Positions 1 through 6,387 of a stretch of DNA of 7,721 nt are shown here, piece after piece; the stretch's first letter is position 1; the number at the start of each line of letters is the position of its first letter. The translations under genes and the position numbers were made by a program. The notes beneath the pieces were generated by a model that worked only from the letters and a program-made list of their open reading frames with translations, had not been told where the DNA came from and searched no databases. This DNA comes from a virus (lineage: Duplodnaviria; Heunggongvirae; Uroviricota; Caudoviricetes), in IMG/VR virus record IMGVR_UViG_3300039313_000002, one strand, 5' to 3'.

Positions 1-1704
1 CACCGCGCCACAATCAGGGCAGTTGCCGCCGCCGGTCTGACCGCAGGCGGTGCAGACTTTTTCCACTTCCTGTTGCGCTACTGGTTCAGGCTGTTTCGTT
101 ACTGGCTCGTTTTGTAACGCATTTGGACTGTTTTGTTCCGCTTTTTGGTAGTTCCGTTCCGATTCATGCTGGTTCTGGTTCACAGAATCGCGGGTCTGGA
201 TCCCCTTAACCCATTTCGGATCATTCGGGTCACTAATCCCTTCAACAAATTCACCACGTGATGCAGCAAGCAACTTATCAGCGTCAGGCTGGCTGATATT
301 GGCTGCCTGCATAATTTTGTTTACTTCGTCAGCGGTAACTTTTATCGGCTCTGGTTGTTCTGAATCTTCAGCGGTATCTACATTTTGCGGTAAGCCCGTG
401 TATGTGCCATTTTTTCGGGCAAAATATTCTTCTTTTGTGATTTCAGTGGCGCCAGCAGCCAGTGCCTTATCCAGACCAGAAAGTTTGTTTGCGCGACCGT
501 ATTTTTCTCCGTCCTTATCTGCGAAGAGGAAATAGAACGGCCCCTCACGCTCTACAGATGGTTCAGCTTCCGGCGCGGTTTCATTTTTTGGGATATCAGA
601 TACCTCAGTTTCCACTGCATCAGTTTGTGTTTCTGATGACTGGAGAACATCAACAGTGCCCAGGTCTGTTTCTTCATTCTCAAACACGCCCTTTGTCGTC
701 AGGTATTCGCAGATATATTTGTTCAGTGCTACGGGATCTTTGTGAATGTCGATCGGACGCTCACGGACAAGGCCAAAAATAGTCTGGCGGTCGTAGCGAA
801 GGGCATCAGGCTGTTTGCGCATTGATGCCGAGATACGCTTCCAGTCTTCGCGGTCGTTGTCGATAACTTCATTTTTTGCCCAGCGATGGATGCTGCCATC
901 AATGTTTCCGGCATCCACATCACCAGGCCAGAGAGCGTAGGCCAGTTCGTCATCCAGTGTTTTCCATGTCTGCTTGTATTCGCGATGGATGGCAGCAATG
1001 ACCGGGCTGATTTTTCCTGTTGAATTTTCAGTGTACTGTTGATTGGCTCTGGCGCGGGCGAGATCAACAACAGACGTGTATTTTCCGGTTTCCTTGCGTT
1101 CACCTTCGCGACGTTTTTTCCAGATGCGCATCTCTGCCTGAATTTCGGGCCATTTAGCACCAGGAATACATTTATGCTTAACCCACCCAATGGCGTGCAA
1201 CTTAAGCTCCGGATACATGGCGTTAACTTCTGGCATTTTCATCAACGCTTCAACGATATGTCCGTCGAATGTTGCCATGTCTTCCTGCAACAATTCCTGT
1301 GCGCTAATAACCATATCAACGGTGATGTTTTCACATGTGTCGAACTTAACCATGACAGCGTTCTGTACTTCAGGGGCCAGCTTGTCAAAAGTGACGTTCA
1401 TCGGATCGGATTCAGTCTCATTCGGGACAAAAGAAGCAGACTCCTCATCCCAGCGGTTTTCCTGCATATATTCAGCATCCCATGAATCGAGGGCAGGGCG
1501 GGGTATGCCAGGTTTATCCTCGCAGACAATAAATTTATAAGCGCAGTCCTGAGCAGCCGGATAATGTTCCAGGAATTGCCAGTGAAATTTTGCTCGAGCA
1601 CGGCGTTCGTCGCCAGCTTCAATGGCTGTGGCTACAGCCACAGCGCCTTCTTCCCTTGTTGCCAGTTCGTCAGGAATAGCGGCGCAAATAAAGACTTTAC
1701 TCAT
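1..1704 (-). CDS. Large early-left-operon protein, 5' partial in window (N-terminal 568 codons; continues beyond position 1); RecE-like (exodeoxyribonuclease VIII family) N-terminal region suggested by position and architecture
   Basis: ATG at 1704..1702 preceded by GAGG about 8 nt upstream. I translated the minus frame by hand across 1-1440 and 1441-1704 and found no stop. Acidic low-complexity linker stretches and a CxxC...CxxC segment at the window edge (plus 1-60). Large gene upstream of the repressor in the leftward operon, as for recE in Rac-type prophages. Product assignment is inference, not a search result. Confidence 0.6.
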   Translation of the reverse strand, partial: MSKVFICAAIPDELATREEGAVAVATAIEAGDERRARAKFHWQFLEHYPAAQDCAYKFIVCEDKPGIPRPALDSWDAEYMQENRWDEESASFVPNETESDPMNVTFDKLAPEVQNAVMVKFDTCENITVDMVISAQELLQEDMATFDGHIVEALMKMPEVNAMYPELKLHAIGWVKHKCIPGAKWPEIQAEMRIWKKRREGERKETGKYTSVVDLARARANQQYTENSTGKISPVIAAIHREYKQTWKTLDDELAYALWPGDVDAGNIDGSIHRWAKNEVIDNDREDWKRISASMRKQPDALRYDRQTIFGLVRERPIDIHKDPVALNKYICEYLTTKGVFENEETDLGTVDVLQSSETQTDAVETEVSDIPKNETAPEAEPSVEREGPFYFLFADKDGEKYGRANKLSGLDKALAAGATEITKEEYFARKNGTYTGLPQNVDTAEDSEQPEPIKVTADEVNKIMQAANISQPDADKLLAASRGEFVEGISDPNDPKWVKGIQTRDSVNQNQHESERNYQKAEQNSPNALQNEPVTKQPEPVAQQEVEKVCTACGQTGGGNCPDCGAV

Positions 1705-1797
1705 TTTGTTTTAACCTCATGACAGATTTAAGGATGAACAAATCCCTGCCATTGCTGGCATATAAGAATGAAACCGGATATTTATTACGGAACTGTT

Positions 1798-1989
1798 TTA
1801 AAGACCTGCCGAGATTTCGATATTATCCTGGTTAATAACTTTATCGACCGGGTAACAGTTACCGGGAATTTTCTGTTCGGTTGCTGCAGTCATACACTCC
1901 TGCATTGTCCTGTGAACACTGACTGCAATATCAACTGGCACTCCGGAAACAAGAAAAACTGTCAGAACAAGCGCAAATGCTGAATTCAT
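1798..1989 (-). CDS. Small protein (63 aa) with hydrophobic N-terminus (signal peptide or membrane anchor), two Cys in the C-terminal part
   Basis: ATG at 1989 with AAGGA upstream; start overlaps the stop of the upstream gene in an ATGA arrangement (translational coupling); N-terminus MNSAFALVLTVFLVSG is strongly hydrophobic. The track ORF 1798..2043 begins further upstream; the 1989 start is preferred on RBS grounds. Confidence 0.5.
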   Translation of the reverse strand: MNSAFALVLTVFLVSGVPVDIAVSVHRTMQECMTAATEQKIPGNCYPVDKVINQDNIEISAGL

Positions 1990-2174
1990 TGTGCACATCC
2001 TTTTGGCATCAGACGTAAACGAGCCAGCATTGAAACAATGCATATTTTATTTAATAGCTCCCGTTCTTGTTTTCTCTTGTTAATGGCATCTTCAGTAAAT
2101 ACAGGGTTACTGATAGTGACACCAATTTCAAAACAACCTTCAGACGTATTAACGTTTGGTAATAACGTTTTCAT
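1986..2174 (-). CDS. Small hypothetical protein (62 aa) of the leftward early operon
   Basis: ATG at 2174 preceded by GAGGA at about 7 nt spacing; stop overlaps the next start (ATGA). The track ORF 1986..2279 begins at an upstream GTG with no RBS. Confidence 0.5.
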   Translation of the reverse strand: MKTLLPNVNTSEGCFEIGVTISNPVFTEDAINKRKQERELLNKICIVSMLARLRLMPKGCAQ

Positions 2175-2344
2175 TATCGCGTCCTCAACAATAAATTTTG
2201 TGATGCAGAGCCTGGTGCCTCCAGGTGACGTTAACCAGTTAACAATTAACGTCGGATACAGAGAATCCACCCATAACACTGTTTTTGGTTTTAACTGTTC
2301 CGCGTGCGCTTAGCCGCATTCACCGCATAACAAAATTCACTTTA

Positions 2345-2388
2345 AAAACGGCGGCAGAGCAGTCACGGAGTAAAACTGATACCGCCAA
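2345..2388 (-). terminator. Candidate hairpin plus U-tract on the minus strand (possible internal attenuator/terminator of the leftward operon)
   Basis: Minus strand reads GGCGG-(26 nt loop with nested CAGT/ACTG)-GCCGCC followed by GTTTTTAAA. Long loop makes this a weak candidate. Confidence 0.2.
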
Positions 2389-2660
2389 ACGTCACCAGAA
2401 AATTGATAACAGAGGGCGTTGCAGCGGGGTTGTCACTTAAGCGTATGGTCAACCTGACAACCCGGTGTCCTCAACGGGGAAGGAATAACCCCGCCATACT
2501 TACCGCCGCGCCATTTTGCGGGTTGCCACAACCGGAAGCGCACGGTCGAATTAAATTTAACGACACCGTACAGTGAGACGAACTTCGCCGTGCGCTTTCG
2601 TGTTGTGTGCCTGCTTTTAACCACGTCAGGCGAGGTGGTATCCTTAAAATCACCACAGTT

Positions 2661-3236
2661 TTAAGGATTCATTAAGCAATGTCGCAACCACCAATAAATC
2701 CGCTTAAGAACATGAAAATTGATTACTGGTATAAAGCGCTTACAGTTGTTGGCGCTGCGTTGTTTGTCTTTAATGGAACGTCTTTTTTTGACAGATATCC
2801 CGTTGTTCCATTGGGTTTTTTGTCCTCCGGCATCTTTTTTATTGGTTTGGGGGAGTGGATTAATCACCCTCTCAAAGTGAGATTTATTGGCCCTGGAGTT
2901 TGGACTCGTGGATATAATCGTTCTTCGTGCGCACTCGGTATCATCTTCGACATACTTGGTTGTTTCCTGATTGTTACAGGAGTCGTCAAGTTCTTCTGAT
3001 GTAAAACCGCAAATGGGGCACGTAACGGGAATTTTGAAAAGCGTTTCTCCGGGTTCCAGAACAAAATTTTCTGCGGTCTGATTTTGCTTCTCATATTTGT
3101 GCTCCGCGTCATTGTGAGAGCACATTCTTATTCTGAGTGCCTGTTTAAACTCACTGAAGCTGAGAGCTTCTTCGCCTTCGGCAAGGCCTTCGAAGTATTC
3201 TTCGTAAGCCTTTTCCATGATTGTGTCGAAATCCAT
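2661..3236 (-). CDS. Acidic protein with CPICG zinc-ribbon-like motif; N-terminal ~80 aa look protein-like, C-terminal ~110 aa are K/R/N-rich and may be antisense read-through
   Basis: ATG at 3236 preceded by AGGTGAG; start is 1 nt after the TGA of the upstream 51-aa gene (TGAtATG coupling). No in-frame stop until 2661. The track ORF begins at 3278, but the 3236 start has the better RBS. Confidence 0.45.
   Translation of the reverse strand: MDFDTIMEKAYEEYFEGLAEGEEALSFSEFKQALRIRMCSHNDAEHKYEKQNQTAENFVLEPGETLFKIPVTCPICGFTSEELDDSCNNQETTKYVEDDTECARRTIISTSPNSRANKSHFERVINPLPQTNKKDAGGQKTQWNNGISVKKRRSIKDKQRSANNCKRFIPVINFHVLKRIYWWLRHCLMNP
2679..2999 (+). CDS. Candidate small membrane protein (106 aa, 2-3 predicted transmembrane helices), opposite orientation to the surrounding operon (moron-like)
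   Basis: ATG at 2679 with AAGGA about 11 nt upstream; hydrophobic stretches LTVVGAALFVF, VVPLGFLSSGIFFIGLG and ALGIIFDILGCFLIVTGVV. It lies entirely antisense to the 3' half of the minus ORF 2661..3236, so only one of the two readings may be real here. Confidence 0.4.
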   Translation: MSQPPINPLKNMKIDYWYKALTVVGAALFVFNGTSFFDRYPVVPLGFLSSGIFFIGLGEWINHPLKVRFIGPGVWTRGYNRSSCALGIIFDILGCFLIVTGVVKFF

Positions 3237-3237
3237 A

Positions 3238-3393
3238 TCACTCACCTGAGTTTCTTTCCAGCCAGCGACGGGCACCATTTTCGGTTTTAAACGTTTTGCT
3301 TTTGGTATACGTCATCGCGGTGAACGTGCCGTCCTGGTTGGGGAACACGCCACATACCAGAGATTCGCTGTTGCCAAGATCGATAGTATCCAT
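3238..3393 (-). CDS. Small hypothetical protein (51 aa), first gene of the leftward early operon
   Basis: ATG at 3393 preceded by GAGGT at about 5 nt spacing; immediately downstream of the OL-like operators; stop TGA at 3240..3238 abuts the next start. The track ORF begins at 3447. Confidence 0.5.
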   Translation of the reverse strand: MDTIDLGNSESLVCGVFPNQDGTFTAMTYTKSKTFKTENGARRWLERNSGE

Positions 3394-3472
3394 GCTGACC
3401 TCATTTCCCCTTAACGCCGGGGTAGCGGAACTGTTTGCTGAGAACACCGTGCGGTGTCTTGATGGAAAGTAA

Positions 3473-3529
3473 TTTAGAATAACCTAACATGAGAGGCAAG
3501 TGTTTTTTGTTAGATTGGTCTAACAAAAA
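3473..3529. promoter_or_regulatory. OL-like operator region: perfect palindrome TGTTAGA-ttgg-TCTAACA (3508-3525, arms extendable to 3504-3529) plus a weaker copy TTTAGA-ataa-CCTAAC (3473-3488)
   Basis: Inverted repeats read directly from the sequence. The 18-bp site is identical in half-sites and spacer length to the site at 4019-4036 on the other side of the repressor gene. A leftward promoter is expected here but its -35/-10 could not be assigned confidently. Confidence 0.6.
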
Positions 3530-3561
3530 GAGTGGGCGCAACTAATCACTTGAAAAGAATG

Positions 3562-3969
3562 TTATTTTATTGATTTATTTTTACGCGCTTTAAGCATTTC
3601 TTCGAAGAGTTTGTTGAAGTTTTCTACTCTTGCGCGCATTTCAGACAGCAAGGCTTCCTGCTCGGAAGATGGAAGAGCATCGAATAATTCGATCAATTCT
3701 TTGTGGTTGGGAGTTAGCTCTGTTTCCACATGAAGTTCTTGTGCAGGCACTGGTGCCTTGTCTTCGTCACCAAACATTAGCCATGTAGGTGAGCACTTCA
3801 GAGCATCCGCTAAAGCAAACAATCGTTTTCCGACTGGCTGGGTTTCGTCTCTTTCCCATTGTGAAATTGTGACGTGAGCAACTCCAGCGAGGCGCGCAGC
3901 TTCTCGTTGTGTTAAGCGTAATTCTTTTCGTCGCGCCAGAACTCGCTGGCCTAGGGTTCTTGTATCCAT
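3562..3969 (-). CDS. Prophage repressor, DicA/CI-like HTH (XRE family), 135 aa
   Basis: HTH segment LTQREAARLAGVAHVTISQWER, followed by FALADALKCSPTWLMFGDEDK and a C-terminal EMRARVENFNKLFEEMLKAR, which I recognise from memory as the DicA-type repressor pattern. Divergent from a Cro-like gene and flanked by palindromic operators. Weak SD, possibly translated from a short or leaderless transcript. Confidence 0.85.
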   Translation of the reverse strand: MDTRTLGQRVLARRKELRLTQREAARLAGVAHVTISQWERDETQPVGKRLFALADALKCSPTWLMFGDEDKAPVPAQELHVETELTPNHKELIELFDALPSSEQEALLSEMRARVENFNKLFEEMLKARKNKSIK

Positions 3970-3970
3970 A

Positions 3971-4036
3971 GTTAGGTAATTCTAATTTTTCTTGACTTAG
4001 ATATCCCGCGCACAATAATGTTAGAAAAGTCTAACA
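3971..4036. promoter_or_regulatory. OR-like divergent control region: operator GTTAGG-taat-TCTAAT (3971-3986), rightward promoter -35 TTGACT (3992-3997) and -10 AATAAT (4014-4019), operator TGTTAGA-aaag-TCTAACA (4019-4036) overlapping the -10 and start region
   Basis: Palindromes and hexamers read directly; 16-bp spacer between -35 and -10; RBS AAGAGGGG follows at 4035-4043 before the Cro-like ATG at 4049. Confidence 0.55.
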
Positions 4037-4048
4037 AGAGGGGCTTTG

Positions 4049-4276
4049 ATGCTTAAAGTTGACGCAATTACTTTTTTTGGCAGCAAAACAAAGCTTGCCA
4101 ATGCCGCAGGAGTGAGACTGGCAAGTGTTGCTGCTTGGGGGATACTGGTTCCTGAAGGTCGCGCGATGCGTCTACAGGAGGCATCTGGCGGGGAGCTTCT
4201 GTATGATCCCAAGGTTTATGACGAATATCGTAAGACGAAGCGGGCGGGGCGGTTGAACAATGAAAATCACTCCTGA
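4049..4276 (+). CDS. Cro-like DNA-binding protein of the DicC/YdaS family (75 aa)
   Basis: Divergent from the repressor; ATG at 4049 with AAGAGGGG 5 nt upstream (the track's 4046 start is a TTG one codon earlier). Sequence FFGSKTKLANAAGVRLASVAAW...EGRAMRLQEASGGEL is typical of YdaS/DicC-type Cro analogues as I recall them. Confidence 0.8.
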   Translation: MLKVDAITFFGSKTKLANAAGVRLASVAAWGILVPEGRAMRLQEASGGELLYDPKVYDEYRKTKRAGRLNNENHS

Positions 4277-4781
4277 ACAGGCTCGTGAGGCTCTGGATGC
4301 CTGGATATGTCGACCAGGAATGACACAGGAGCAGGCGACGATATTAATCACTGAAGCATTCTGGGCTTTGAAAGAGCGCCCGAACATCGATGTTCAGCGT
4401 GTCACAGATGAAGGTGGCGCGGTTGATCAGCGAGCGCTTGGCGTTAATCGAGTGAAGATATTCGAACGCTGGAAGGCTATCGACACCAGGGATAAGCGTG
4501 AAAAGTTCACGGCGCTAGTGCCTGCAATTATGGAGGCTATCCGGATTAATGATTTCAGGTTGTATCGTGAAATTAGTGACGGAAAAAGCATCACGTACAT
4601 GATCGCCGGGTTAAACAAAGAATATGGCGATGTGGTGGAGTCCGGACTGCTTTTTGCTGATCCTGCCGTAGTGGATCGTGAAACTGACGAACTTATAGAA
4701 AAAGCAATTGCTTTCAAACTTGCGTATCGACAGCAATACCAACAAAAAGCTGGATGGAATTATGAGCCTTCTTTTTGCTGA
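4260..4781 (+). CDS. YdaT-family protein (173 aa), occupying the cII-like position
   Basis: Immediately follows and overlaps the Cro-like gene by 17 nt; central segment KIFERWKAIDTRDKREKFTALVPAIMEAI matches the conserved core I recall for YdaT-family proteins (often annotated as toxin YdaT). Confidence 0.7.
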   Translation: MKITPEQAREALDAWICRPGMTQEQATILITEAFWALKERPNIDVQRVTDEGGAVDQRALGVNRVKIFERWKAIDTRDKREKFTALVPAIMEAIRINDFRLYREISDGKSITYMIAGLNKEYGDVVESGLLFADPAVVDRETDELIEKAIAFKLAYRQQYQQKAGWNYEPSFC

Positions 4782-5727
4782 ACGCCCACTGGTTATAAAC
4801 ACACAGCTTGCGATGAAGATTGGCTTAAATGAAGCCATTGTGTTGCAGCAGTTGCATTACTGGTTGAGAGATACCAATTCCGGCATGGAATGTGATGGTG
4901 TTCGCTGGATTTACAACACAACGGAACAATGGTTGGAACAGTTCCCATTCTGGTCAGAGTCAACGTTAAAGCGCGCGTTTGCAAGTCTGAAAACGCTGGG
5001 GCTTTTGCGTTGTGAAAAGCTCAATAAATCAAAGCGCGATATGACCAATTTCTACACGATTAACTATGGGAGCGAGCTTTTAGATGATGGCAAATTGAGC
5101 GAATCCATCGGTTCAAAATGCGCCGCTCCATCAGGTCAAAATGACACGATGGAAGAGGTCAAAATGAAACGCTCCATTGGTTCAAAACGACCCAATGTCA
5201 TCGGGTCAAAATGGCCCGATGATCCTACAGAGAATACAACAGAGATTACTACAGAGAATAAAAACACTTTTCGTCCGGAAGCTTCGCAACCGGACCCGCA
5301 GACGGCTGAACAGGATTTTTTAATCCGGCACCCTGGCGCAGTTGTGTTTAGTGCGAAAAAACGCCAGTGGGGTAGCCAGGAGGATCTGGCGTGTGCGCAG
5401 TGGATATGGGGGCGGATCGTGGGTCTCTACGAACAGGCCGCCAGTGATGATGGCGAGATCATGCGACCAAAAGAGCCTAACTGGACTGTCTGGGCCAATG
5501 ATGTGCGCACAATGCGGATGCTGGATGGCAGAAGCCACAGACAAATTTGTGAAATGTTTGGTCGGGTACAGCGGGATCCATTCTGGGTAAAAAACATCAT
5601 GAGCCCGTCAAAGCTCCGCGAAAAATGGGACGAACTGGTCATCCGCCTGGGGCGTTCACCTGTACAGCGTTGTGTTAATCATATTTCTGAACCGGATACA
5701 GAAATTCCGCCTGGTTTCAGAGGATAA
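4762..5727 (+). CDS. Phage replication initiation protein (lambda O-like / replisome organiser), 321 aa
   Basis: ATG at 4762 with GGATGG upstream, 20-nt overlap with the preceding gene (alternative in-frame ATG at 4708 lies inside that gene). N-terminal region LLFAERPLVINTQLAMKIGLNEAIVLQQLHYWL looks like a replication-initiator N-terminal DNA-binding domain; the gene contains iterons and an A-rich tract internally, as lambda O does with ori-lambda. Confidence 0.75.
   Translation: MSLLFAERPLVINTQLAMKIGLNEAIVLQQLHYWLRDTNSGMECDGVRWIYNTTEQWLEQFPFWSESTLKRAFASLKTLGLLRCEKLNKSKRDMTNFYTINYGSELLDDGKLSESIGSKCAAPSGQNDTMEEVKMKRSIGSKRPNVIGSKWPDDPTENTTEITTENKNTFRPEASQPDPQTAEQDFLIRHPGAVVFSAKKRQWGSQEDLACAQWIWGRIVGLYEQAASDDGEIMRPKEPNWTVWANDVRTMRMLDGRSHRQICEMFGRVQRDPFWVKNIMSPSKLREKWDELVIRLGRSPVQRCVNHISEPDTEIPPGFRG
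5101..5213. repeat. Five direct iterons at ~23-bp spacing, core GG(T)TCAAAA(T/C)G (iteron cores 5106-5120, 5129-5143, 5152-5166, 5175-5189, 5199-5213); putative replication origin inside the initiator gene
   Basis: Direct repeats read from the sequence: catcggttcaaaatg, catcaggtcaaaatg, gaagaggtcaaaatg, cattggttcaaaacg, catcgggtcaaaatg. They encode the reiterated IGSK/SGQN peptide segment. Confidence 0.6.
5226..5265. repeat. A-rich tract with three ACAGAGA repeats at exact 12-bp period (5227-5233, 5239-5245, 5251-5257), adjacent to the iterons; possible DNA-unwinding element of the origin
   Basis: TACAGAGAATAcaACAGAGAttacTACAGAGAATAAAAAC read directly; placement just 3' of the iterons parallels the lambda ori layout. 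Confidence 0.45.
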
Positions 5728-5767
5728 GTTTTGATTTCAGGTCATGAGGTAATTTTAAGGGGGACTT

Positions 5768-6169
5768 GTGGCAAAAGTTTTTACACAAGAAGAGCGGGAA
5801 AAAATTAAAGGGCAGGTGGTGGAACTCGTGCGCCAGAGCGGTCGTGAGACGTTACGGCAACTGGAAGCTAAAACAGGTGCGACTAGATATCTGATGAGCG
5901 TTCTTGCCAGAGAGCTGGTAGCCAGTGGCGATGTATACAACTCCGGCTACGGGTTATTCCCGTCTGAACAGGCGCGTAAGGACTGGCAAAACGCCCGCAA
6001 AAAACTCTCGAGGGCAAAGGTGAAGAAAACAGCTGTGGTTGATCCGGACGTTATCTGGTCGTTACCTGATGGAGAAATACGTCGCTACGACAGTCGCCTA
6101 AACATAATCTGTCGCGAGTGCCGGATGAGTGAAGTTATGCAGCGCATACTGGCATTTTATCAGGGATAA
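5768..6169 (+). CDS. Hypothetical protein (133 aa), basic, possible helix-turn-helix; sits where a helicase loader would be expected
   Basis: GTG start at 5768 with strong RBS AAGGGGG 5 nt upstream; stop TAA at 6167-6169; segment TLRQLEAKTGATRYLMSVLAREL resembles an HTH. No family recognised. Confidence 0.6.
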   Translation: MAKVFTQEEREKIKGQVVELVRQSGRETLRQLEAKTGATRYLMSVLARELVASGDVYNSGYGLFPSEQARKDWQNARKKLSRAKVKKTAVVDPDVIWSLPDGEIRRYDSRLNIICRECRMSEVMQRILAFYQG

Positions 6170-6265
6170 TGTTAGGTATTTTAGACGTTACTAGATTAAA
6201 AAGCATTAGTTCAGGAGTGAATTGACATTCTCATTTTTCATGGCACAGGGTAGATCTGGCGTGGT

Positions 6266-6291
6266 TGTCCGCTTTGTGCCAAAAGCGGACA
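6266..6291. terminator. GC-rich hairpin (10-bp stem TGTCCGCTTT / AAAGCGGACA, 6-nt loop) in the convergent intergenic region; candidate terminator
   Basis: Perfect inverted repeat read directly; followed on the plus strand by a moderately T-rich stretch (AATAATTT); no clean U-tract on the minus side. Confidence 0.3.
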
Positions 6292-6387
6292 TCGAATAAT
6301 TTCAGCAGCACTCAACCTTATTAACCAAATCGCCTCAACTCATATGGACATGCATCCGGAAGTGCCAACTTCGTAAACTTATTCACT

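Noticed and set aside
729-1622. Track ORFs 729..1190(-), 1039..1485(+), 1190..1540(+), 1398..1622(-)
   Set aside because: All lie within the long open minus frame 1..1704, which I verified by hand to be stop-free; these are alternative-frame or antisense ORFs with unconvincing composition and no RBS.
1768-1983. Plus-strand ORF 1768..1983 (71 aa)
   Set aside because: Antisense to the better-supported minus gene 1798..1989, which has an RBS, ATGA coupling and a hydrophobic N-terminus; the plus ORF is Cys-rich and irregular.
2038-2313. Plus-strand ORF 2038..2313 (91 aa)
   Set aside because: Antisense to the minus gene 1986..2174 and runs against the operon orientation; no convincing RBS.
2433-2656. 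Minus-strand ORFs 2433..2624 and 2471..2656
   Set aside because: Both start at GTG without an SD and give Arg-rich, low-complexity translations; the region is better interpreted as non-coding with hairpins.
2864-3472. Track ORFs 2864..3112(-), 3084..3290(+), 3221..3472(+)
   Set aside because: Alternative-frame or antisense ORFs overlapping the better-supported genes 2661..3236 and 3238..3393; no RBS.
3767-4387. Track ORFs 3767..4015(-), 4021..4212(-), 4172..4387(-)
   Set aside because: Overlap the recognisable repressor, Cro-like and YdaT-like genes in other frames or antisense; translations lack protein-like character.
4708-4761. Upstream in-frame ATG (4708) for the replication initiator
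   Set aside because: It would create a 74-nt overlap with the preceding gene and has no SD; the ATG at 4762 has GGATGG upstream and begins the conserved-looking N-terminus.
4427-5642. Track ORFs 4427..4717(-), 4611..4838(-), 4793..4984(-), 5320..5544(-), 5342..5590(+), 5427..5642(-)
   Set aside because: All lie inside the YdaT-like or replication initiator genes in other frames or antisense; no independent support.
5755-5940. Minus-strand ORF 5755..5940
   Set aside because: Antisense to the plus gene 5768..6169, which has a strong RBS.
6172-6190. GTTAGG-tatt-TTAGAC, resembling the operator half-sites
   Set aside because: The two halves are in direct rather than inverted orientation, so it does not form the TGTTAGA-N4-TCTAACA palindrome; probably a chance half-site match.
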